A stretch of 64,000 nt of DNA from an uncultured Gammaproteobacteria bacterium (GTDB taxonomy: Bacteria > Patescibacteriota > Microgenomatia > UBA8517), in contig CAZSNC010000001.1 of assembly GCA_964608405.1 (NCBI GenBank), forward strand, positions 18,667-82,666. The letters are read 5' to 3'. A program made the translations under genes and the position numbers. The stretch's first letter is position 1; each line of letters starts with the position of its first letter. The notes below the pieces were generated by a model. It saw nothing but the letters and a program-made list of their open reading frames with translations, made no database searches and was not told the DNA's origin. This document shows positions 56,523 to 64,000 of the stretch, piece after piece.

Positions 56523-57596
56523 TTATCTGGGCAGATATTCTTTAATGTTTTGGGGGGTAAGATCAAATCTTTGACCTTTTCCTTCAACCATCAATCTGGC
56601 AATTTTTCTGACCACTCCTTTGATTGTGCGCTCCAAGGTTCTTGTCCCTGCATCAAATCCTAAAGGTCTTACAATCTGAGGCCAAACCTCTTCAGAAATG
56701 TTTATACCCCCCTCCGGAATTCCGGAATCTTTTAGAATTTTGGGGAACATGTAATCGCGTCCGATTGTTATTTTTTCCTTGTCCGAATATGACGGCATTG
56801 TAATCGGTTCAAGCCTATCTAAAACGGCCGTTGCGATATGATTGGTATTGTTGGCAGTTGCGACGAATAAAACCTCCGAAAGGTCAAACGGGTAATCCAC
56901 ATAGTGGTCAGTGTATGCATGGTTTTGTTCCGGATCCAAAAGTTCGACTAGTACTCCCATAATTGATGCCCGTCCAGTATCGGTTACTCTGTCAACTTCA
57001 TCCAAAAGAATTACGGGGTTTTTGGCGTTTGCAGTTTTTACTGCTTTTATCACTTTTCCCGGTTCCGCCTCTGCCTGGACTCTCGATTGACCCCTTAAGT
57101 CAAGAGGACTCTCCATTCCTCCGAAGGGAATTCTTACAAATTTTCTTCCCAAAGCTTCAGCAATAGATATAGCAATCGTTGTTTTACCAGTTCCAACTAA
57201 ACCAACGAAACAAAGTGCTGGTGCCCTTTTAATTCCTTCCGTATCGCCCCTTTCCTGCTTAAGTTTCATTATCGATATGTACTCCAAAATTCTGTCTTTG
57301 ATGTCGTCCAGTCCGAAATGATTTTTATCGAGTATCTGCCTGGCATGAACCAAATCTAAATTGTCCTGTGTACGGTTATACCAAGGAAGAGTAACTATCC
57401 ACTCCACATATTTTGAGATACGATCCAATTCCGGTAAGAAAGAGGCGGACGATACAAGGTTTTTCAACTGATCCAACCGGAGCAAAACATTCTTTTTCAA
57501 TTCATCAGGAATTTTAACACCTTCAAGTTTGTCTACTAAAAGTTTTATCTGTTCCTCTGAAGACTCTGTTGTTGCCATACACAATAATATTACCAC
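56523..57596 (-). CDS. Lon-like AAA+ ATPase module (no LAN N-domain, no S16 protease domain)
   Basis: 357 aa. Aligns with the Lon segment from the pre-AAA helix (…LPWYNRTQDNLDLVHARQILDKNHFGLDDIKDRILEYI…) through Walker A GLVGTGKTT and Walker B ILLDEVDRV to the sensor-2/alpha domain. Ends exactly where the Lon protease domain would begin, and the next gene is UDG. Confidence 0.7.
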   Translation of the reverse strand: MVILLCMATTESSEEQIKLLVDKLEGVKIPDELKKNVLLRLDQLKNLVSSASFLPELDRISKYVEWIVTLPWYNRTQDNLDLVHARQILDKNHFGLDDIKDRILEYISIMKLKQERGDTEGIKRAPALCFVGLVGTGKTTIAISIAEALGRKFVRIPFGGMESPLDLRGQSRVQAEAEPGKVIKAVKTANAKNPVILLDEVDRVTDTGRASIMGVLVELLDPEQNHAYTDHYVDYPFDLSEVLFVATANNTNHIATAVLDRLEPITMPSYSDKEKITIGRDYMFPKILKDSGIPEGGINISEEVWPQIVRPLGFDAGTRTLERTIKGVVRKIARLMVEGKGQRFDLTPQNIKEYLPR

Positions 57597-57644
57597 GAAT
57601 TAACGAGTTACTGTCACCTTGCAAAAAAATCGTGAAGAATAAAA

Positions 57645-59948
57645 TTATCTTTCGTATTTTCCTTTTACTTGTTCCAAAAGTCTACTGGTGGGAAAATGTG
57701 GCCCGCCAGTGCTTGTCCCTCTTGAGAATCTTCCGCCTCTTCTATCAGAGCGGTTAAAAGATTTCCGATATCCTCCTCCACCTGAATAACCACCGCTTCT
57801 TCTTTCTTCATGCCCACCGTTTCCACCTCTTCCGCTGTTTGTACTTTTTGGTTTGTCGTGATCTAAAAGCATTGAAAGATTTACTCTTCCCAATTCGTCG
57901 ACTTCCTTAACCCTGACTTTAATCTGATCACCCATTTTAACAATATCCGAGGGGTTACTGACAAAATCGTCACTCATATCCGACACATGAACCATTCCCT
58001 CTTTGCCGGGGAGAATTTCAACAAAGGCACCAAAGGGTTGAATTCTTTTAACAATTCCGTCATATATTTCTCCAGCAACCGGTTCCCTGAAAATATTTTC
58101 CACTTCAGTGATTGCTTTTTCCACATCTCCAGCTTCGATTGCCGAAATAAAGACGTTTCCTTCTTCGTTGACATCAACCTGTGCACCGCTTCTGGCAATT
58201 ATTCCTTTGATCACTTTTCCTCCTGCTCCGATAAGTTCCCCAATCTTTGCGGGGTCGATTTTCATAATTTTGATCTTTGGAGCATATTTTGACACTGCTG
58301 TCCGTGGAGCCGATATTGCGTCATTCATAACGGAAAGAATTTTCATTCTGGCAACACGGGCATTTTTAAACGCTTCGGATAATATTTCAACTGTCAGACT
58401 CAAAGTTTTGACATCCAACTGAAGGGCTGTAATTCCTTTTTCGGTCCCGGCAACTTTAAAATCCATGTCGCCGTTTCCGTCTTCTATACCGACAATATCT
58501 GTTAATACTGCAAATTCTTTCTCCGACTCTACAATCAATCCCATTGCGATACCGGCAACAGGTGCCTTAATTGGAACTCCCGCATCCATCAAAGACAAAG
58601 TGGAACCACATGTTGAAGCCATGGAAGTCGATCCGTTTGAAGAAAGAATTTCCGTTACAACTCTTATTGCATAAGGGAATTCATCTTCCGATGGAATGAC
58701 GGGAAGAAGTGCCCTTTCGGCCAAGGCACCGTGTCCGATCTCACGTCTGGAAGGGCTTCCGACCCTCCCTGTTTCTCCTGTTGAATAGGGAGGCATCGAA
58801 TAGTGATGCATGTAACGCTTTGTCTCTTCCCCTTCGGCTGATTCAATCGTCTGTCCCAAAGAAGGAGCTCCAAGAGTTGCTATCGAAAGAGCCTGTGTCT
58901 GTCCGCGGTTGAAGATTGCAGAACCATGAGTTCTCGGAAGTACTCCTACTTCAGCCGAAAGTGGCCGAATCTCATCGTGTTTTCTGCCGTCAGGCCTTTT
59001 ACCGGAAAGAATAAGTTTTCTGACCTCTTCTTTAAAATACTTGTCAAAAATTTTAACGGCATTTGCTTTCTCCGAAGCGTCTTCAAAATTACCTGCAAGA
59101 CCCGCTTTAACTTCATCATAAGCGCTATATCCAGCTTCTTTTGTCGCCATCTTGGAAATTAATGGTGTAATTTCGTTCTTAACAAGTTCTTTGACCTTTT
59201 TAACCAAACCGTCATCAAATTTCTCTTTTTCCAATGAAATCTTCTTTACTCCGACCATGTCGGCAAATTTGCTAATTTCCATAATGATGTTTTTACCTTC
59301 TTTTTGTGCCAGTGAAATTGCCTCCAGCATCTCGTCTTCGGGTATTTCTTTTCCGCCCGATTCGATCATGACAATCGCTTTATCGGTGGAAGAAACCACT
59401 AAATCCAAATCCGACTTGGAAAGTTCTTCCGTAACTGGATTCACAACCAACTTTCCGTCAACTCTCCCAACTTTAATAACTCCTACCGGTCCGTTCCATG
59501 GAATAGGCGCGATCGATAAAACTGCAGAAGCAGCAACAGCAGCAGTTATTTCGGTCGAATTCTCCATATCGACAGAAAGAAGGGTGATCATGAGCTGGAC
59601 ATCTTGTCCGGAATATTCTTTGGGAAACAGCGGCCTAATTGAGCGATCGATAAGACGTCCTGTCAAAATCTCTTCATCGGAAGGCCTACCTTCTCTTTTA
59701 ACCCAACGGCTTCCTTTAATCCTTCCGCCGGCATAGAGTCTTTCCTGGTAATCAACAGAAAGAGGAAAATAATCCAGAGGCATTCTCATCGGAGCGGACA
59801 CAACCGTTGCCAATACAACCGTTTCTCCACACGATGCCATAACGGCGCCTGTTGCTTGACCGGCAACATGTCCCGTGGAGAGTGTAAACTTCTTTCCTGC
59901 AATTTCAAAACTATGTTCTATTTTTTTCATAAATGAAGCCAAAAGCAA
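57645..59948 (-). CDS. pnp: polyribonucleotide nucleotidyltransferase (PNPase) with Gly/Arg-rich C-terminal tail
   Basis: 767 aa; two RNase PH domains, KH and S1 domains; C-terminal ...SGRGGNGGHEERRSGGYSGGGGYRKSFNRSDRRGGRFSRG low-complexity tail. Confidence 0.93.
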   Translation of the reverse strand: MLLASFMKKIEHSFEIAGKKFTLSTGHVAGQATGAVMASCGETVVLATVVSAPMRMPLDYFPLSVDYQERLYAGGRIKGSRWVKREGRPSDEEILTGRLIDRSIRPLFPKEYSGQDVQLMITLLSVDMENSTEITAAVAASAVLSIAPIPWNGPVGVIKVGRVDGKLVVNPVTEELSKSDLDLVVSSTDKAIVMIESGGKEIPEDEMLEAISLAQKEGKNIIMEISKFADMVGVKKISLEKEKFDDGLVKKVKELVKNEITPLISKMATKEAGYSAYDEVKAGLAGNFEDASEKANAVKIFDKYFKEEVRKLILSGKRPDGRKHDEIRPLSAEVGVLPRTHGSAIFNRGQTQALSIATLGAPSLGQTIESAEGEETKRYMHHYSMPPYSTGETGRVGSPSRREIGHGALAERALLPVIPSEDEFPYAIRVVTEILSSNGSTSMASTCGSTLSLMDAGVPIKAPVAGIAMGLIVESEKEFAVLTDIVGIEDGNGDMDFKVAGTEKGITALQLDVKTLSLTVEILSEAFKNARVARMKILSVMNDAISAPRTAVSKYAPKIKIMKIDPAKIGELIGAGGKVIKGIIARSGAQVDVNEEGNVFISAIEAGDVEKAITEVENIFREPVAGEIYDGIVKRIQPFGAFVEILPGKEGMVHVSDMSDDFVSNPSDIVKMGDQIKVRVKEVDELGRVNLSMLLDHDKPKSTNSGRGGNGGHEERRSGGYSGGGGYRKSFNRSDRRGGRFSRGTSTGGPHFPTSRLLEQVKGKYER

Positions 59949-60001
59949 ATGCTTTAAGCAAAATGTTCTTTAATTTTAACAAATATCTATTACCTTTCTT
60001 C

Positions 60002-60271
60002 TTACTTTTCTAATTTTAGTTCCTTAATGAGGTCTTTGTATCTTTCCTCACTTCGCTTCTTCAGATAGTTTAAAAGTCTTCTTCTTTTTGCAACCATCGA
60101 TAAAAGGCCTCGTCTCGAGTGAGCGTCTTTTTTATGTTCTTTCAAATGATCTGCAAGTTTGTTTATCTTATTTGTAAGAAGGGCGATTTGAACTTCAGGA
60201 GAACCTGTATCGCCCTTTTCTCTTGCAAACTTTTTGATGATGTCTTGTTTTTCGTCTTTTTTCAGCGCCAT
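60002..60271 (-). CDS. rpsO: 30S ribosomal protein S15
   Basis: 89 aa; ...[41 protein letters not shown]... Confidence 0.93.
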   Translation of the reverse strand: MALKKDEKQDIIKKFAREKGDTGSPEVQIALLTNKINKLADHLKEHKKDAHSRRGLLSMVAKRRRLLNYLKKRSEERYKDLIKELKLEK

Positions 60272-60389
60272 ATCCGTATAAGCCTAAGTAAATCGTTCAA
60301 TCGATAAACCTAGCTGTACTTGAGGAAGTATTCTAACACGATAATTTCGCACTTTCAATAGAGAAACTCAAATAAAAATTCTAGCTGTG

Positions 60390-61367
60390 TTAATTTATAG
60401 AAGTACCTCTATAAACTTTTGGCTGCAGCCAATCGTCGGGTGGATTTAATATTTCCTCATTCGCTTTTGCAGCATTGTCATCAGTAACAGGAGTGTCCTG
60501 AATTTCTTGCGGAGTCTCTGGTTGTACCTGGGAAAAGTCGGCGTAATCGGTTGCTGTAACTGATTGCATTATCGGCTGATTTTCGGGAATTTCAGGTTTA
60601 ACAACAGCCTGGGGAATTGATCCTTGTGGATATTTATTTCTGTCAACCGTCTCACCCGAGAGTCTTCTTCCGCCAGCTCTAATTAGAGCTGCGGTAACTT
60701 CAAATGTCTCGGCCGAGACATTTTTGGATTTGTAATTTTGAGTTGCGTCTTCAATACCCATTAAAAAGTTCGTTGCAATATCCGAATCAACTTGAATTTG
60801 GGCTTCGCTCAATAAAAAGAAGGTTAATTCGGATACTGATGCCAACGGCTGGGCAAAAGTATATATTACTTTCGATGGATCAACTGTCAACGGATGTGTT
60901 CCGATATGGTACATTTTTGACGATTCAGTGCCTTTGACTGAAAGTTGTGGAAAATCGGCGTCTGTATTACCACCAAAAAGAATTACCGTGTCAGCGGATA
61001 CTCCTTCATATGTAATCCTTACCTGCTCCGCTTTCGGAGGGTTGATTCCGGATTTGGGAAGCACGGTTAATTTAAATTGGTCTTCAACAATGTCATAACT
61101 TACTTTTTCAATGTTGTTGGCATCATATCCTGAAAAGCCTATAACCAAATTCTTATTGCCGGTTTCTCCGGAAATTCTATCAACACCGATTAATCTGTTT
61201 AATGAAACTGTGACTGGAGACGCCGACACAATCTGAACAGGTTTGGAATCCTTAAGGCCCAAAAACAATGACAGTGCCGATGCTACTTCGTCAAAAGACG
61301 GTGATTTGGGAAGAAAAATCACAAGAGACTGGGATTGTGCGATAACCGATCTAAATGAACCTTCCAT
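60390..61367 (-). CDS. DHH-family-like protein (NrnA-like fold) with degenerate catalytic motifs and Pro/Glu-rich C-terminal tail
   Basis: 325 aa. The central segment DSDIATNFLMGIEDATQNYKSKNVSAETFEVTAALIRAGG matches the NrnA/DHH motif-IV region (A..L..GI..DT..F...T......L...G). The positions of the DHH-family metal-binding motifs (H-x-NPDGDA and DHH) are replaced (LPKSPSFDE ...), and no GGGH (DHHA1) motif is present. Confidence 0.4.
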   Translation of the reverse strand: MEGSFRSVIAQSQSLVIFLPKSPSFDEVASALSLFLGLKDSKPVQIVSASPVTVSLNRLIGVDRISGETGNKNLVIGFSGYDANNIEKVSYDIVEDQFKLTVLPKSGINPPKAEQVRITYEGVSADTVILFGGNTDADFPQLSVKGTESSKMYHIGTHPLTVDPSKVIYTFAQPLASVSELTFFLLSEAQIQVDSDIATNFLMGIEDATQNYKSKNVSAETFEVTAALIRAGGRRLSGETVDRNKYPQGSIPQAVVKPEIPENQPIMQSVTATDYADFSQVQPETPQEIQDTPVTDDNAAKANEEILNPPDDWLQPKVYRGTSIN

Positions 61368-61377
61368 AGTATGCTCC

Positions 61378-62781
61378 TCAAGAGCGCACCGATAATACCA
61401 TATCTCCTATAGTAAAATCAAGTTGAGGTTGAAAAATTATTCCGAATTCTTCCCCCTGTTTGGCTTCAAGAATATCTTTTTTCTCTTTCTTCATTGAAAT
61501 TGCCTTTACTACTCCTATCATCTTTTCGTTTCTAAAAATCTCAAGCTTTTCGGACTTAGCAATTACTCCCTGCACAACCTTGCACCCCGCAACTTTTTTG
61601 TTCTCATATGGAAATGAGGCCACAATCTGTGCTTTTCCAAACACTTCTTTTTGGCCGGATTTTAATATTTCTTCAATTCTTTCAAAGAGTTTGTAAATTA
61701 TGTCAAAAGATTCAATCTTAACGCCCTCCGTATCAGCAAGTTTTTCAATGTTATGGGGAACTTTCACTTCAAAGGCAAAAACCAGGCAGTTTTTTGCCGA
61801 TTTGGCGGAAAAAATGTCCGCTTCAATTACTTCACCAATACCCGACGAAATCACTTGTACATCGGAGGGGAGATTGGTTAACAGTGCCTCAAGACTCCCG
61901 GATGTTTGTGCCTTAAGAACTAAATTCAATTTCGATTCTTTTTGGGTTATTTCGGAGGGAGTATTTGACTGTATCCAACTTTGCAAGGAGGAGGCACTTC
62001 CGTTTGATTCACTAATTTTTGCACCAACGGATGGAATCTTTTCAAAACCAAGTACCAATGCAGGTTCTCCCGGCAAAATTTCCTGAACCGCTTTATCCTG
62101 GTAATCAAAAAGTGCCTTGACTTTTGATTCAACCCCATCAATTAAAATCTTTTGGCCGACAGCGAGCTTACCGTTTCTGACAACAACCGATGCTAAACTT
62201 CCACGTCTGTCCCTTCTTGTTTCAACAACAAATGCATCAAGTTCTCCATCGGCATCCGCTTGGATATTATTCATCTCTGAAATCAGAGTTAGCATTTCTA
62301 AAAGTGAATCGAGTCCTTCGCATTTTTTGGCAGATACTTTCAAAAAAGGAGTATCTCCTCCTCTTCCTTCAAAAAGAACCCCTTCTTTTTCGATTTGGGA
62401 AACTGCACTATCCGGATCGGAACTTGGAAGATCGGTTTTTGTTAAACAAACAAGGAATGGAATGTTCTCTTTTTGGATGATTTTTATTGCTTCTTTTGTC
62501 TGTGGTTTCACTCCGTCATCGCTTGCAACGATTAAGATCGCAATATCGCAAACATGTGCACCTCTTGAGCGCATTTGCGTAAAAGCTGCATGACCGGGAG
62601 TGTCAATAAAAGTTATCCTTTTTCCTTCCCTCGTGGTTACAATAGAAGCTCCGATACTTTGTGTAATTCCTCCCGCTTCCTTTGAAGCAACATCAGTTTT
62701 CCTGAGGGCATCAAGAAGTGTAGTCTTTCCGTGGTCTACATGCCCCAAAATGGTTACAATCGGCGGTCTTGGTTTCAACAT
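61378..62781 (-). CDS. infB: translation initiation factor IF-2, short form starting at the G domain
   Basis: 467 aa beginning [26 protein letters not shown] (G1) with DTPGH and NKxD motifs, plus the beta-barrel and C-terminal domains. No N-terminal extension ORF upstream (35-bp gap to nusA). Confidence 0.9.
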   Translation of the reverse strand: MLKPRPPIVTILGHVDHGKTTLLDALRKTDVASKEAGGITQSIGASIVTTREGKRITFIDTPGHAAFTQMRSRGAHVCDIAILIVASDDGVKPQTKEAIKIIQKENIPFLVCLTKTDLPSSDPDSAVSQIEKEGVLFEGRGGDTPFLKVSAKKCEGLDSLLEMLTLISEMNNIQADADGELDAFVVETRRDRRGSLASVVVRNGKLAVGQKILIDGVESKVKALFDYQDKAVQEILPGEPALVLGFEKIPSVGAKISESNGSASSLQSWIQSNTPSEITQKESKLNLVLKAQTSGSLEALLTNLPSDVQVISSGIGEVIEADIFSAKSAKNCLVFAFEVKVPHNIEKLADTEGVKIESFDIIYKLFERIEEILKSGQKEVFGKAQIVASFPYENKKVAGCKVVQGVIAKSEKLEIFRNEKMIGVVKAISMKKEKKDILEAKQGEEFGIIFQPQLDFTIGDMVLSVRS

Positions 62782-62816
62782 AATATATTTCCTTTCTATA
62801 ACTTACTCTTCCCATG

Positions 62817-64000
62817 TTAGGATTGATCTGAGCTTGGCAATTGCGTAGAGACTTCTTCAACTTTCTCTTCTTTTGCTTTTTCTTCGGAAACACCCTCGGA
62901 GGGAGTCGTCTCGGTTACTTCTTCAACGATCGTTTCAACCGGGGATTTCTCTTCTTTAATGTCCTCTACAACTTTTTCCACAATGCCGGTCTGGTCATTT
63001 TTAATGTCAGAAACATTTTCTACTATCTCTGTCTCTTTTTCCGATTTAACTTCTTCCGCTGGACTTTCTGTAGAAGGTGTTTCAGATTTCTTGCCTTTAA
63101 CAACAAGTTCTTCGATATCAATTTTCCAATCGGTTAATTTAGATGCTAAACGGGCATTTTGTCCTTCTCTTCCGATGGCAAGTGAAAGTTGCTCCGAAGG
63201 GGCTTTGACAACCGCCGTTTTTTCTTTTTTGTTAAGCGTCACTACCATTCCTTCAGCCGGTGAAAGAGCTCCTTTAATATATTCGGCAGGGTCTTCATTA
63301 AACATGACTATATCCACTCTCTCACCACCCAGCTCGTTGGTAACCGACTGAACTCTTACTCCTTTTTGGCCTACACATGAACCTACCGGATCAACTCCTG
63401 TTTGTCCGGAGGAAACTGCAATTTTTGTACGCACTCCCGGTTCCCTGGCTATTCCGTTAACAATCACGCTTCCCGAGGAGATTTCAGGAACTTCCCTTTC
63501 AAAAAGCTTTTTAACAAATTGTGTATCGGCTCTGGATAATACTATTTGCTGTCCGCGGGGAGTTTCCACAATATCTTTCAAAAGGAAAGACATTCTTTGA
63601 TTTAGGTTCAACCTTTCATTTGGAACACGCTCAACGGATGGCATTATCCCCTCCGTTTTTCCAAGATCAACTCTGACGTCAGACCCTTCAAATCGCAAAA
63701 TCATCCCGGACACAAGAGCACCAACCCTCTCCGTATACTCACCCATAATTGCACCCTTTTCGGCTTCTCTGATTTTCTGGTGTATTACCTGTTTTGCAGT
63801 CTGTGCGGCAATTCGTCCAAAACCCGGGGGTGTGACGTCTTTTTTCTCGGCTTTTGAAGTGTCGACTTTTCCTTCTTCATCCGGTTCGATATGATCCCAT
63901 GCCAATATCTTTGCTTCTCCGTTTGTGGAATTTAAAATAACATCATAATCAAGAAGTTCCGGGTCTTCCCCGCGATCTTTCGCATCTTTTTTATAAGCTG
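62817..64000 (-). CDS. nusA: transcription termination/antitermination factor NusA (5' end runs off the window)
   Basis: S1 and tandem KH domains (...GIAREPGVRTKIAVSSGQTGVDPVGSCVGQKGVRVQSVTNELGGERVDIVMF...), acidic C-terminal tail. The reading frame stays open upstream of the ORF-track TTG start to the window edge (…DYDVILNSTNGEAKILAWDHIEP… aligns with the NusA N-domain/S1 junction). Confidence 0.9.
   Translation of the reverse strand, partial: AYKKDAKDRGEDPELLDYDVILNSTNGEAKILAWDHIEPDEEGKVDTSKAEKKDVTPPGFGRIAAQTAKQVIHQKIREAEKGAIMGEYTERVGALVSGMILRFEGSDVRVDLGKTEGIMPSVERVPNERLNLNQRMSFLLKDIVETPRGQQIVLSRADTQFVKKLFEREVPEISSGSVIVNGIAREPGVRTKIAVSSGQTGVDPVGSCVGQKGVRVQSVTNELGGERVDIVMFNEDPAEYIKGALSPAEGMVVTLNKKEKTAVVKAPSEQLSLAIGREGQNARLASKLTDWKIDIEELVVKGKKSETPSTESPAEEVKSEKETEIVENVSDIKNDQTGIVEKVVEDIKEEKSPVETIVEEVTETTPSEGVSEEKAKEEKVEEVSTQLPSSDQS

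Noticed and set aside
55880-56587. 65-nt overlap between the UDG and Lon-like ORFs as evidence of a frameshifted fusion
   Set aside because: The UDG has an internal in-frame Met (MDKSK, 56518) just after the Lon-like stop, and the UDG family-4 motifs begin well downstream. The overlap is simply an over-extended ORF call.
1-64000. CRISPR arrays, transposases, IS elements, toxin-antitoxin pairs, restriction-modification genes
   Set aside because: No spaced direct repeats, no DDE/HUH transposase-like ORFs and no short paired ORFs with TA-like features were seen in any gap. The intergenic space is almost entirely accounted for by promoters, terminators and rnpB.

Overview
This 64 kb window is a low-GC (about 38-40%), gene-dense bacterial fragment whose content points to a Candidate Phyla Radiation / Patescibacteria-type genome. 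Essentially every gene is on the minus strand; only a tRNA-Pro and one small membrane ORF read on the plus strand.

Most of the window is conserved information-processing machinery. From high to low coordinate: nusA-infB-(DHH-like)-rpsO-pnp; a Lon-like AAA+ module, family-4 UDG, RNase J, FtsK, a RodZ-like protein, AlaRS; a GspL/PilMN-like membrane protein with a sortase; ruvX and mltG; then rpoB-rpoC-rpsL-rpsG-fusA-tuf and the contiguous S10/spc/alpha ribosomal-protein cluster (rpsJ through rpsI); then an HD protein, uppS, tRNA-Pro(GGG), recA-recX, RNase Y, HU, miaA, an AI-2E transporter, RNase P RNA (rnpB, not in the ORF track) and pilB-pilC.

The ribosomal cluster shows CPR hallmarks: L30 (rpmD) is absent between rpsE and rplO; a TlyA-like methyltransferase plus a 430 bp spacer sit between rpsJ and rplC; several ribosomal proteins carry tail extensions; IF-2 and AlaRS are short. 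rpmJ (L36) was found by hand.

The most unusual, accessory-looking locus is a three-gene cassette at 9744-13192 next to recA and tRNA-Pro. Two paralogous cysteine-rich proteins share an N-terminal two-helix membrane hairpin (pilin-like) and a C-terminal six-Cys module but differ completely in the middle (one has a Pro/Thr tandem-repeat linker and an internal duplication). They flank a small membrane-anchored protein. This is the best candidate here for an undescribed surface/attachment system.

Other candidates for follow-up: a 767-aa protein with a cytoplasmic actin-fold domain, a transmembrane segment and an extracellular domain (GspL or PilM-PilN-fusion-like) beside a sortase; a Lon-derived AAA+ module lacking both the N-terminal and protease domains; a catalytically degenerate DHH-family protein where rbfA/truB normally sit; and a consensus sigma70 promoter firing antisense inside the ribosomal cluster. 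No CRISPR arrays, transposases or integrases were seen.
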